A DNA stretch of 32,000 nucleotides from Pseudodesulfovibrio mercurii. GTDB taxonomy: Bacteria; Desulfobacterota; Desulfovibrionia; Desulfovibrionales; Desulfovibrionaceae. Of this stretch, positions 12,020 through 19,930 are shown piece after piece. Under the pieces are notes generated by a model. The model searched no databases. It saw only the letters and a list, made by a program, of their open reading frames with translations, and was not told the DNA's origin. Where the stretch lies: the NCBI RefSeq assembly GCF_000189295.2, contig NC_016803.1, forward strand, positions 2,790,001 through 2,822,000, read 5' to 3'. A program made the translations under genes and the position numbers. The number at the start of each line of letters is the position of its first letter. Position 1 is the stretch's first letter.

Positions 12020-12478
12020 TTACAGGTTGATGATCATGGCCACTTCGTTGCACAGGTCCGGGAACCTCGGGCAGTTGAGGCAGTCCAGGAAGATCTTCTG
12101 GTTCAGGTTGTCCATCTCCTCCTGCACGAAGCCGACCTTGGCGAAGAAGCCGGGCACCTCGGTCAGGGTGTAGACCTTGTAGATGCCCAGGGTAACGGCC
12201 TCGGACAGGCAGGTCTCGACCAGCTTGCGCCCGAGGTTTTTGCCCCGGTGGGAGGACTTGACCACCAGGGAGCGGATCTCGGCCAGGTTGTCCCAGATGA
12301 TGTTCAGGGCGCAGCAGCCGATGACCGTGCCGTCGTCGTCCAGGGCGATGACGAAGTCGCGCAGGTGCGAGTAGAGCTGGCTGAAGGACCGGGGCAGGAC
12401 CAGGCCGTCGTGCTCGTCCGTGCGCATGAGCAGGCCGTGGATGGCCTTGACGTCGCCGATGCGTGCTTTGCGAATCAT
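12020..12478 (-). CDS. GNAT family N-acetyltransferase (short amino-acid N-acetyltransferase-like)
   Basis: 152 aa. Acetyl-CoA motif IRSLVVKSSHRGKNLGRKLVE. The C-terminus has a Cys triad, CLNCPRFPDLC. Confidence 0.78.
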   Translation of the reverse strand: MIRKARIGDVKAIHGLLMRTDEHDGLVLPRSFSQLYSHLRDFVIALDDDGTVIGCCALNIIWDNLAEIRSLVVKSSHRGKNLGRKLVETCLSEAVTLGIYKVYTLTEVPGFFAKVGFVQEEMDNLNQKIFLDCLNCPRFPDLCNEVAMIINL

Positions 12479-12484
12479 GGCCGC

Positions 12485-13018
12485 CTACTGGTTGAGCTTG
12501 TCGGCCATGGCGCCGAGCATGGAGCCGGGGAAGACGCCAGCCTGGGCGAAGATCTGTTTGCCGGTCTTGTCGAAGATGACCAGGGTGGGGATGGCCTCCA
12601 CCCGGAACTTGCGCGCCACGGCCTGGTCGCCCCAGTACACGGGCACGTCCATGGGGTGTTTGTCCATGTAGCGCGTGAGCGCGTCCCGGTTCTCGTCCAC
12701 GGACAGGGCCACGATGTTGATCTTGTCGCCCTTGGTCTTCCGCAATTCCTCCAGCTCCGGAATCTGCTGCTTGCAGGACGGACACCAGGAGGCCCAGAAG
12801 AAGAGCATGGTCGGCCTGCCCGCGTTGGTCTCAAGGTATTGGTCGAGTTCGGTCACCCCCATGAAGGGGAAGGACCCGGAAGAGGGGGCGGCGGCCGTCT
12901 CGTGGGCCGGGGCCATGGCCGCGCCGCCGGTCTTGGCGTCGTTGCCGGATTCACCGGAGCAGGCGGTCAGGGCCAGCAGTCCCAGGGACAGGGCGGTGAT
13001 GAGCCACAGTTTTTTCAT
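12485..13018 (-). CDS. TlpA/ResA-family thiol-disulfide oxidoreductase lipoprotein
   Basis: Lipoprotein signal MKKLWLITALSLGLLALTAC. Thioredoxin-fold active site FFWASWCPSCKQQIPEL. Confidence 0.85.
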   Translation of the reverse strand: MKKLWLITALSLGLLALTACSGESGNDAKTGGAAMAPAHETAAAPSSGSFPFMGVTELDQYLETNAGRPTMLFFWASWCPSCKQQIPELEELRKTKGDKINIVALSVDENRDALTRYMDKHPMDVPVYWGDQAVARKFRVEAIPTLVIFDKTGKQIFAQAGVFPGSMLGAMADKLNQ

Positions 13019-13163
13019 GAAGCACCTCGGGAGTGAATTTAGGACACTCTATCAGAGTTGGATGCCAAATTGAAGCGAGAGGCCTCCTCTCAAAACACTT
13101 GCATGGCCGCAGGTCAAGAAACTTTCGCGAGGCGCGGGCTCCCGGCGTCCCGGCCCCTCCCGG

Positions 13164-13889
13164 CTAGGAGGCGGCGGCCCTGTGCCGCTTCCCGGCCTTG
13201 AGGTTCAGGAACTCCACGAACAGGGAGAAGGCCATGGCGAAGTAGATGTACCCCCGGTCGATGTGCCGGTGCATGCCCTCGGCCATGAGAAAGATGCCCA
13301 CCAGCAGGAGGAAGGAAAAGGCCAGCATCTGCACCGTTGGGTGGGCCGACACGAAGGCGGAGACCGGCCCGGCGAACAGGAGCATGACCCCCACGGCCGC
13401 GACGATGGCCGCGATCATGACCGTCAGATGCTGGGCCATGCCCACGGCGGTGATGACCGAATCGAGCGAAAAGACCATGTCCAGGAGGACGATCTGGACG
13501 ATGGCCCCGGCGTAGGAGTGCACGGCCCTGGCCGCGCCCTCGCCGGGCGGCGGGCCCTCGAGCTTGTCGTGGATCTCGTGGGTGGCCTTGGCCAGGAGGA
13601 ACAGGCCGCCGCTCAGGAGGACCACGTCCCGGCCCGAGACCACGTGGCCGAACAGGGTGAACAGCGGTGCGGTCAGCCCCATGATGGCCGAGATGGCCAG
13701 GAGCAGGGCTATGCGGGTGACCATGGCCAGGCCGATGCCCAGCCGCCGCGCCGTGGCCCGCGATGCCTCGGGCAGCTTGTTGGTGACCACCACCACGAAG
13801 ACGATGTTGTCGATGCCGAGCACGATCTCGAGCCCGGCCAGGGTGATCAGGGCGATGAGGTTTTCCAGGGTCCACAGTCCTTCGAACAT
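13164..13889 (-). CDS. TerC family integral membrane protein
   Basis: 241 aa polytopic protein. GLEIVLGIDNIVFVVVV and FSLDSVITAVGM are the duplicated TerC-family motifs. AAGGGAG lies upstream of ATG 13889. Confidence 0.82.
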   Translation of the reverse strand: MFEGLWTLENLIALITLAGLEIVLGIDNIVFVVVVTNKLPEASRATARRLGIGLAMVTRIALLLAISAIMGLTAPLFTLFGHVVSGRDVVLLSGGLFLLAKATHEIHDKLEGPPPGEGAARAVHSYAGAIVQIVLLDMVFSLDSVITAVGMAQHLTVMIAAIVAAVGVMLLFAGPVSAFVSAHPTVQMLAFSFLLLVGIFLMAEGMHRHIDRGYIYFAMAFSLFVEFLNLKAGKRHRAAAS

Positions 13890-13947
13890 GACGCTCCCTT
13901 GGTCTGGGTTTTCGATGGGGACACTATGAAGAAAGCCCGGCGCTAAA

Positions 13948-14568
13948 TCAATCGGCCGGTGCGGCCACGGCCGCGTACAGCCCCACCCAGCCGCCCATGA
14001 AGGTGCGCTCCAGGCGGGCGGTCAGCCCTGCGCGGGCCAGGAGCGGGAGCGCGCCGCCGTTCGCCATGTACTCGCGGAAGCGGGCATGGTGGCCGCGCCC
14101 GGCCAACCGCTCGATGAGGCGGATGGCCCGGCCCGTGAATCGGGATTGGCCCTGCCCGGACGGGATGTAGTCGGCCACGAGCACGGTCCCGCCGGGGTGG
14201 ACCAGGCGGCGCGCCTCGGCCAGGATGCCGAGGGCCTTGTCCCGGGGCTTTTCGTGCAGGGCGAAGCTGACGGCGGCGGCGTCGAAGGCGTGGTCCGGCA
14301 GGGGCAGGGATGCGGCGTCGCCCAGGATGTAGGTCGCGCCGGGACGCTTGCGGCGGGCCACGGCGAGCATGTGCGGGGAGAGGTCCGCGCCGGTCACGGA
14401 CAGCCCCAGGGCCAGGGCCTGCCCGGTCAGCAGGCCGGTGCCGCAGCACAGGTCCAGGACGGCGTTGCCGGACCGGGCCAGGGCCTCGGCCATGGCCCGG
14501 TGCACCGGGCGCAGGGGCGGGCCCACCAGCGGGTCGTACAGGGCGGCGATGCGGCCGTATTCGTCCAT
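13948..14568 (-). CDS. class I SAM-dependent methyltransferase
   Basis: Start at ATG 14568 (MDEYGRIAALYDP...). Motif I VLDLCCGTGLL, post-I DLSPHML, and HPGGTVLVADY. The ORF-track 13948..15081 start is an upstream run-on through the neighbouring gene. Confidence 0.8.
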   Translation of the reverse strand: MDEYGRIAALYDPLVGPPLRPVHRAMAEALARSGNAVLDLCCGTGLLTGQALALGLSVTGADLSPHMLAVARRKRPGATYILGDAASLPLPDHAFDAAAVSFALHEKPRDKALGILAEARRLVHPGGTVLVADYIPSGQGQSRFTGRAIRLIERLAGRGHHARFREYMANGGALPLLARAGLTARLERTFMGGWVGLYAAVAAPAD

Positions 14569-14573
14569 GGGGC

Positions 14574-15383
14574 TCAGTTCCGGTCCAGGGAGAGGATGTG
14601 CCGGATGCGCTCCTCGGGCAGGCCGTTGCGGTGGTAGATGGCCGCCAGCTCGCCGGACCGGGCCATCTCGCGCATGCGCCGGTCGAAGATGTCCCGCAGG
14701 CGGAACCCCTCGGCCGTGGGCGCGAAGACCGGGACCAAATCCATGCTCATGAACCGGGCGAAGCCGAATTCGGTCAGGGGCAGGCCGGTCTTGCGCACGG
14801 CGTCCTTGAGCAGGGTCTCCTCGCCGACGACGTAGCGGACGTGCCCCCGGTCGAGCATGTGGATGGCCGAGGTCCGGTCGTAGGTGGGCTGGGGCCGGAT
14901 CTTGACCGGCAGAATCTGCTGGAAGTCGTAGCCGTAAAGGTGGGCGACCTTCTGGCCCGCCAGGTCGTGGAGCCCGGAAAAGCCCCTGGCCAGGACGTAG
15001 GCCACGGTCAGGTCGCAGGCGGCGATGACCGATCGGGCCTGGCCCTCCGCGTCCGACGCGCCCTTGGCGGTCAGGGTGCACTGGATGCGCCCCTCGGCCA
15101 GCTCGTCGCGGGCGCGGCGGTAGGGGATGTCCCTGTGGATCAGGTCGTACCCGGCCGAGGCCAGGGCGGCCCGGAGCACCTCGGTGACGAACCCGGTGTT
15201 GTCGTTGCGCACCGCGTCCCCGGACTCGGGCATGCCGAACACGCAGGCGGGCACGGGCGACCAGTCGTCCTCGGGGGCGATGGGCGCGTCGGTCGCGGCC
15301 AGGGCCATGTGCGCGGCCAGGAGCAGGGCGACCAGACCGCCGGAGAGTGTTCGCAGGAGTGCCATGATCGGGGATGCTATCAT
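14574..15383 (-). CDS. periplasmic family-3 solute-binding-protein-like protein
   Basis: Signal peptide ...LVALLLAAHMALA/ATD. The body resembles amino-acid ABC/sensor SBP_bac_3 folds (weak motif-level call). Its stop lies 5 nt before the methyltransferase start. An alternative start is ATG 15365. Confidence 0.6.
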   Translation of the reverse strand: MIASPIMALLRTLSGGLVALLLAAHMALAATDAPIAPEDDWSPVPACVFGMPESGDAVRNDNTGFVTEVLRAALASAGYDLIHRDIPYRRARDELAEGRIQCTLTAKGASDAEGQARSVIAACDLTVAYVLARGFSGLHDLAGQKVAHLYGYDFQQILPVKIRPQPTYDRTSAIHMLDRGHVRYVVGEETLLKDAVRKTGLPLTEFGFARFMSMDLVPVFAPTAEGFRLRDIFDRRMREMARSGELAAIYHRNGLPEERIRHILSLDRN

Positions 15384-15495
15384 TCCCCCGGAATCAAGTC
15401 ACCTGTCTTGCCCGGTGTCGGATTGAAGCACCGGCCGTGGCCATTGGACGTCCGAACGGTGGCCATGCTAGGTTGCGGGACCAAAGGGGGAAGGC

Positions 15496-16152
15496 ATGAA
15501 ATTCACCGGGGTCAATCTGCTCGACGAATTGGCGCGGCCCGAGCTGGCCGATCTGCGGGCGGTCTTTCGCAAGCGGTCCGTGAACAAGGGCGAGGTCGTG
15601 TTCCGGCCCGACGGACCCGAGGACCTTGTCTTCGTGGTGGGCAAGGGCAGGGTGCGGGTCTACCTGGCTTACGAGGACAAGGAATTCACCCTGGCCATCC
15701 TCAATCCCGGCGACCCCTATTCCACCCACTCGGGGTGCTACATCCAGGCCCTGGAGGACGCCGAACTGCTGCTCACGGACGTGCGCTCGGTCAAGCGGTG
15801 CCTGACCGAGATCCCGCTGTTCACCCGGACCATGGTCCGCGTCCTCGGCCACATCCTGCGCAACTCGTTCTCCATCATCGGCGGGCTGGCCTTCAAGGAC
15901 ATCTACAACCGGCTCATGGACTACATCCTGCACGAGGCGCGCACCTCGGGCACCCCCGAGAACGGCGGGCGGCTGGTCGAACTGAACCTGACCATCGAGC
16001 AGCTGTCCCAACTCATGGGAGCCACCCGCCAGACCGTGTCCACCCTGCTCAACGACATGGAGCGCGCGGGCCTGATGTTCAAGCGCGGACGCGGCGTCTA
16101 TTTCATCCCCGACCTCGACGCCCTGGAGCGGGCGGCCGGGAGCGCCGACTGA
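15496..16152 (+). CDS. cooA: CO-sensing Crp/Fnr-family transcription activator CooA
   Basis: 218 aa, collinear with Rhodospirillum rubrum CooA. GDPYSTHSGCYIQALE vs GDMFCMHSGCLVEATE (heme His conserved). Recognition helix RQTVSTLLN vs RQTTSTALN. RGVYFIPDL vs RGHYTIPNL. No FNR-type N-terminal Cys cluster. Sits next to cooS-cooC. Confidence 0.8.
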   Translation: MKFTGVNLLDELARPELADLRAVFRKRSVNKGEVVFRPDGPEDLVFVVGKGRVRVYLAYEDKEFTLAILNPGDPYSTHSGCYIQALEDAELLLTDVRSVKRCLTEIPLFTRTMVRVLGHILRNSFSIIGGLAFKDIYNRLMDYILHEARTSGTPENGGRLVELNLTIEQLSQLMGATRQTVSTLLNDMERAGLMFKRGRGVYFIPDLDALERAAGSAD

Positions 16153-16404
16153 TTATTCGAAGCTGGTTCTGATCCGGTCGAACACCTGGGAGCTGACGAT
16201 GAAGTTGTGGCCGCTCGCGGGGAACCGGCCCTTCCAGAACCGGGCGTAGACGTTGACCCTGCCGAGGACTTCCCGGGTCTTCTTCTCCGAGAGGCCGAGG
16301 GCCTCGGCCAGCTGGGACGCGGTGAAACGGAAGGGTTCCTTGCCTTCGCCGTATCCTTCGCGAATGTACTTCAGAGCCGCCTTGAGGTCATTGTATTTCG
16401 CCAT
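16153..16404 (-). CDS. small hypothetical protein (83 aa) with an HTH-like segment, between cooA and cooS
   Basis: High-GC3 ORF; GGAGAGAGAG lies upstream of ATG 16404. FTASQLAEALGLSEKKTREVL looks like a helix-turn-helix. Its stop abuts the cooA stop (16150-16155). I recognise no family. Confidence 0.5.
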   Translation of the reverse strand: MAKYNDLKAALKYIREGYGEGKEPFRFTASQLAEALGLSEKKTREVLGRVNVYARFWKGRFPASGHNFIVSSQVFDRIRTSFE

Positions 16405-16481
16405 GTCTCTCTCTCCGGTTCGATGTGCAATGCCGATATTCGTTCGCTGGTGTCTCTGCCGATGGAATTACGCCCAGCCTA

Positions 16482-16503
16482 TGACACTTGGAACAATGTG
16501 TCA
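16482..16503. promoter_or_regulatory. inverted repeat TGACAC-N10-GTGTCA upstream of the small ORF
   Basis: Read directly from the sequence, 78-99 nt upstream of the minus-strand ATG 16404. Function unknown. Confidence 0.25.
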
Positions 16504-16710
16504 CCATGGAAGTCGGCATTTTTTCCCGGATTGTCCCTCCCGGTCGGCGGCATGAGCCTTGAGGTTCCCCTCCTTGGGTGAACGATTTGTCATGTATTCA
16601 CGCTTCCAGGGCTGAAACTGAGCCAATTTCCGTCAATTTTACAAAAAATCACATTCGGAACCCCAATATTCGTTGGTTTTTTTCGGCAAACCCGATTTTT
16701 TTGCCCGTTT

Positions 16711-16726
16711 TGTCGGCCAGCCGACA
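16711..16726. promoter_or_regulatory. CooA-type operator (perfect palindrome TGTCGGCCAGCCGACA) of the cooS promoter
   Basis: TGTCG-N6-CGACA matches the two-fold-symmetric CooA/CRP-like site architecture known from R. rubrum coo promoters. The centre lies about 32 nt upstream of a TAGGCT -10-like hexamer (16748-16753), giving class-II geometry. It is about 110 nt upstream of the cooS start. Confidence 0.65.
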
Positions 16727-16835
16727 TACGGGATCGTCCCGGTCCGGTAGGCTGAAGGCCACTATCGTCACCACCAAACGTACGGCCGGGGGGTTGCTTC
16801 GATCGGACCCGGCGAAAAGGGATAGGAGGTACATC

Positions 16836-18713
16836 GTGGCCAAGGAACCGAGACCTGTCGAGGAACTGACCATTTGGGACGACGCGAAGGCCATGCTCAG
16901 GAAGGCCCGCGCCGAAGGCATCCAGACCGTGCACGACCGGCTGGACCGGCAGACCCCGCACTGCAAATTCTGCGAACTGGGGACCACCTGCCGCAACTGC
17001 ACCATGGGCCCGTGCCGGGTCAGCGAGAAGAACCCGCTGGGCGTATGCGGGGCCGACGCCGACGTCATCGTGGCCCGCAACTTCGGCCGGTTCGTGACCG
17101 GCGGCGCGGCCGGACACTCCGACCACGGCCGAGACCTGATCGAGGTCCTGGAGGCCATCGTCGAGGGCGAGACCAAGGATTACCGGATCACCGACGAGAA
17201 CAAGCTGCGTGCCATCGCCGCTGAGATCGGCATCGAGACCGACGGCCGCCCGGTCATGGACGTGGCCCGCGACGTCATGGAGTGCTTTTTCGCGGACTTC
17301 GGCTCGCGCAGGAAGGAGGTCTCCTTCCTGGCCCGAGTGCCGCAGGTGCGCAAGGACAAGTGGGCCGGGCTCAAGATGACCCCGCGCGGCGTGGACCGCG
17401 AGATCGCCGAGATGATGCACCGCACCCACATGGGCTGTGACAACGACGCGCCCAACACCCTGATCCACGCGGCCCGCACGGCCCTGGCCGACGGCTGGGG
17501 CGGCTCCATGATCGGCACCGAACTGTCCGACGTCATCTTCGGCGTGCCCACGCCCAAGATGTCCACGGCCAACCTGGGCGTCATCAAGGCCGACAAGGTC
17601 AACCTCCTGGTCCACGGGCACAACCCCGTGGTCTCCGAGATGATCCTGGCCGCCGCCCGCGAACCCGAACTGCTGGCCAGGGCCAGGGAGCTCGGCGCAA
17701 CCGGCATCAACGTGGCCGGACTGTGCTGCACCGGCAACGAACTGCTCATGCGTCAGGGCATCCCCATGGCGGGCAACCACCTGATGACCGAACTGGCCAT
17801 CATCACCGGCGCGGTCGAGGCCATCGTGGTGGACTACCAGTGCATCATGCCCTCGCTGGTCCAGATCTCCGGCTGCTACCACACCAAGTTCATCGACACC
17901 GCCAACAAGGCGCGCTTCACCGGCGCGATCCACTTCGACTTCCAGCCCCGGACGGCCATGAAGCAGGCCCGCGAGATCGTGTCCATCGCGGTCGAGGCCT
18001 TCGCCCGGCGCGATCCGGGCCGGGTGGACATCCCCGGCGAGCCCGTCGAGATCATGACCGGCTTCTCCAACGAGGCGGTCACGGCCGCCCTCGGCGGCTC
18101 CCTCGACCCGCTGGTCCAGGCCATCGCCTCGGGCGACATCCGGGGCGCGGTCGGCATCGTGGGCTGCAACAACCCCAAGATCAAGCAGGACTCCATGAAC
18201 GTGAAGCTCGCCGAAGAGCTGATCAAGAAGGACATCCTGGTGCTCGTCACGGGCTGCGTGACCACGGCCGCGGGCAAGGCCGGGCTGCTCGTGCCCGACG
18301 CCATCGAAAAGGCGGGGCCGGGCCTGAAAAAGGTCTGCGGCGCGCTGGGCATCCCGCCGGTCCTGCACTACGGCTCCTGCGTGGACAACGCCCGCATCCT
18401 CCAGCTCTGCGCGGCCCTGGCCAACGCCCTGAACGTGGACATCTCGGACCTGCCCGTGGGCGCGTCCTCGCCCGAATGGTACTCGGAAAAGGCCGCCGCC
18501 ATCGGCCTCTACGCCGTGGCCTCGGGCATCTACACCCACCTGGGCCACCCGCCGAACATCCTCGGTTCGGAAACGGTCACCAACCTGGCCGTGTCCGGGC
18601 TCGAAGACCTGGTCGGCGCGACCTTCTTCATCGAAGGCGACATGGTCAAGGCCGCCGACATGTTCGACGAACGCATCAAGACCAAGCGCAAGGCCCTGGG
18701 CCTGGGCGAGTAG
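16836..18713 (+). CDS. cooS: anaerobic Ni-Fe carbon monoxide dehydrogenase catalytic subunit
   Basis: Start at GTG 16836, 6 nt after AGGAGG (16824-16829). N-terminal Fe-S Cys cluster HCKFCELGTTCRNCTMGPCRV...GVCGA. CODH signatures GHNPV, CCTGNELLMRQGIPMAGNHL, VGCNNPK, GSCVDN. About 625 aa. The track start at 16578 is a run-on. Confidence 0.9.
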   Translation: MAKEPRPVEELTIWDDAKAMLRKARAEGIQTVHDRLDRQTPHCKFCELGTTCRNCTMGPCRVSEKNPLGVCGADADVIVARNFGRFVTGGAAGHSDHGRDLIEVLEAIVEGETKDYRITDENKLRAIAAEIGIETDGRPVMDVARDVMECFFADFGSRRKEVSFLARVPQVRKDKWAGLKMTPRGVDREIAEMMHRTHMGCDNDAPNTLIHAARTALADGWGGSMIGTELSDVIFGVPTPKMSTANLGVIKADKVNLLVHGHNPVVSEMILAAAREPELLARARELGATGINVAGLCCTGNELLMRQGIPMAGNHLMTELAIITGAVEAIVVDYQCIMPSLVQISGCYHTKFIDTANKARFTGAIHFDFQPRTAMKQAREIVSIAVEAFARRDPGRVDIPGEPVEIMTGFSNEAVTAALGGSLDPLVQAIASGDIRGAVGIVGCNNPKIKQDSMNVKLAEELIKKDILVLVTGCVTTAAGKAGLLVPDAIEKAGPGLKKVCGALGIPPVLHYGSCVDNARILQLCAALANALNVDISDLPVGASSPEWYSEKAAAIGLYAVASGIYTHLGHPPNILGSETVTNLAVSGLEDLVGATFFIEGDMVKAADMFDERIKTKRKALGLGE

Positions 18714-19010
18714 GGAATGCCTCCGGCGGCCAGAGGGGAAACTTTTGAAAAAGTTTTCCCTCCGGACTCCCCTTCAAAACTTTGTGTCGCGCCTTCGGCG
18801 TGTGCGGCGGGTTGAAGGAGGGGAGCGCCGGGGTTTCCGAACGTGTCTATCTTTGTCGGTACGTCAGGATACTTTGCCGCTTCAGTACACCCCTCGCGAA
18901 GCGACACAAAAAGTTTGGAAAGGAGGGGGGATGGGGGTCCGGGGGAAGGGGAGAGGGAAACTTTTCCAAAAGTTTCCCTCTCCCCTTCCCCCGGCCGCCG
19001 GAGGCATCTC
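18713..19010. repeat. nested-palindrome mosaic repeat element, copy 2, filling the cooS-cooC spacer
   Basis: GGGAATGCCTCCGGCGGCC at 18713-18731 (its first G is the last base of the cooS TAG). Inverted ATGCCTCCGGCGGCC at 18993-19007. Two inverted arms share the blocks GGGAAACTTTTG..AAAAGTTTCCC (hairpins 18733-18762 and 18951-18982), CCGGAC(T/C)CCC and AAACTTT..GTGTCGC (18784-18790 / 18901-18907). Confidence 0.6.
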
Positions 19011-19820
19011 ATGAAAATAGCGTTTGCGGGCAAGGGTGGGGTGGGCAAGACCTCGTTGTGTGCGTGGGTGGCGGACTGGCTGGCCCGTAGCGGCAGGAAC
19101 GTCTGGCTGGTGGATGCGGACACGGCGTTGTCGCTGGGCCAGGCCTCGGGGCTGGGCGCGGACGCGCTGCCCGAGCCGCTGGTCCGGCGCGGGGACCTGG
19201 TGCGCGAGCGCATCCACGAGGGCGGTTTTCTGAATCTCAATCCCGAGGTGGGCGACCTGCCCGAGGAGCTGGCCGTGGACGTGCCCCTGGGCGGCGAGCC
19301 GTTGCCGGGCGTGACGGCCGGACGCAAGCGGCTGATCGTCATGGGCGCGGTGACCAATGCGGGCGGCGGGTGCGCCTGCGACGCCAACGCGTTGTTGAAG
19401 GCGCTGCTGGCGCATATCGTCATGGACCGCGACGAGTGGGTCCTGGTGGACCTGGAGGCGGGCGTGGAGCATCTGGGGCGCGGCACCGCGGCCCACGTGG
19501 ACGGGCTGGTGGTGGTCTCGGAGCCGAGCATGCGTTCGCTCATGACCGGGGCCGAGGTCGGGCGCATGGCCGCGGACCTGGGGCTGGAGAACCAGGTGCT
19601 GGTCCTGAACCGGCACGCGGGCGGGGAGCCGCCCCGGCTGGACGGCCTGCCCGAATGGCGGCTGTCCGTGCCGCCTTTCGAGGGGCTGGCCGGACGCCAG
19701 ATGACGGACGCATCCGTGCTCGGGCTGCCCGAGAGCGGACTCCTGGACGGGCTGGTGCGCACCCTGCTGGACCGGCTTGCCGGCCGCGTGAACAGGAGTA
19801 ACGAGCAAGCCATACTGTAA
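19011..19820 (+). CDS. cooC: CODH nickel-insertion accessory ATPase CooC
   Basis: 269 aa. P-loop MKIAFAGKGGVGKTS, the CooC-type metal-binding CxC in NAGGGCACDANALL, and the MinD/ParA-like VLVDLEAGVEHLGRG. GGAGG at 19000-19004, 6 nt before the ATG, lies inside the repeat terminus. Confidence 0.9.
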   Translation: MKIAFAGKGGVGKTSLCAWVADWLARSGRNVWLVDADTALSLGQASGLGADALPEPLVRRGDLVRERIHEGGFLNLNPEVGDLPEELAVDVPLGGEPLPGVTAGRKRLIVMGAVTNAGGGCACDANALLKALLAHIVMDRDEWVLVDLEAGVEHLGRGTAAHVDGLVVVSEPSMRSLMTGAEVGRMAADLGLENQVLVLNRHAGGEPPRLDGLPEWRLSVPPFEGLAGRQMTDASVLGLPESGLLDGLVRTLLDRLAGRVNRSNEQAIL

Positions 19821-19930
19821 TCCCGGCGTCTTCCCTGATATTTATAATTGCATATATTCGCCCCACGGCACATTTTCGGGCTCATGGGTAGAGGAATGGC
19901 ATGTAATGACCTGTGTTCGGGAGGTGTCCG

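Noticed and set aside
13890-13947. yybP-ykoY (manganese) riboswitch upstream of the TerC-family gene.
   Set aside because: Only 58 nt separate the TerC ATG from the preceding stop, too short for the roughly 100+ nt riboswitch. No conserved riboswitch core is visible. The gene looks co-transcribed with the methyltransferase.
16578-16835. Upstream extension of cooS to the track start at 16578 (711 aa).
   Set aside because: The extension contains the T-tracts and the CooA palindrome, has poor codon bias and has no counterpart in CODH sequences. GTG 16836 with AGGAGG gives a normal-length CooS.
18745-19090. Short ORFs inside the repeat elements (18745..19014, 18782..19090, 1177..1467, 1479..1757).
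   Set aside because: They are translations of palindromic repeat DNA (strings such as GGRGEGNFSKSFPLPFPRPPEA). They lack an SD, overlap each other in several frames and run into neighbouring real genes.
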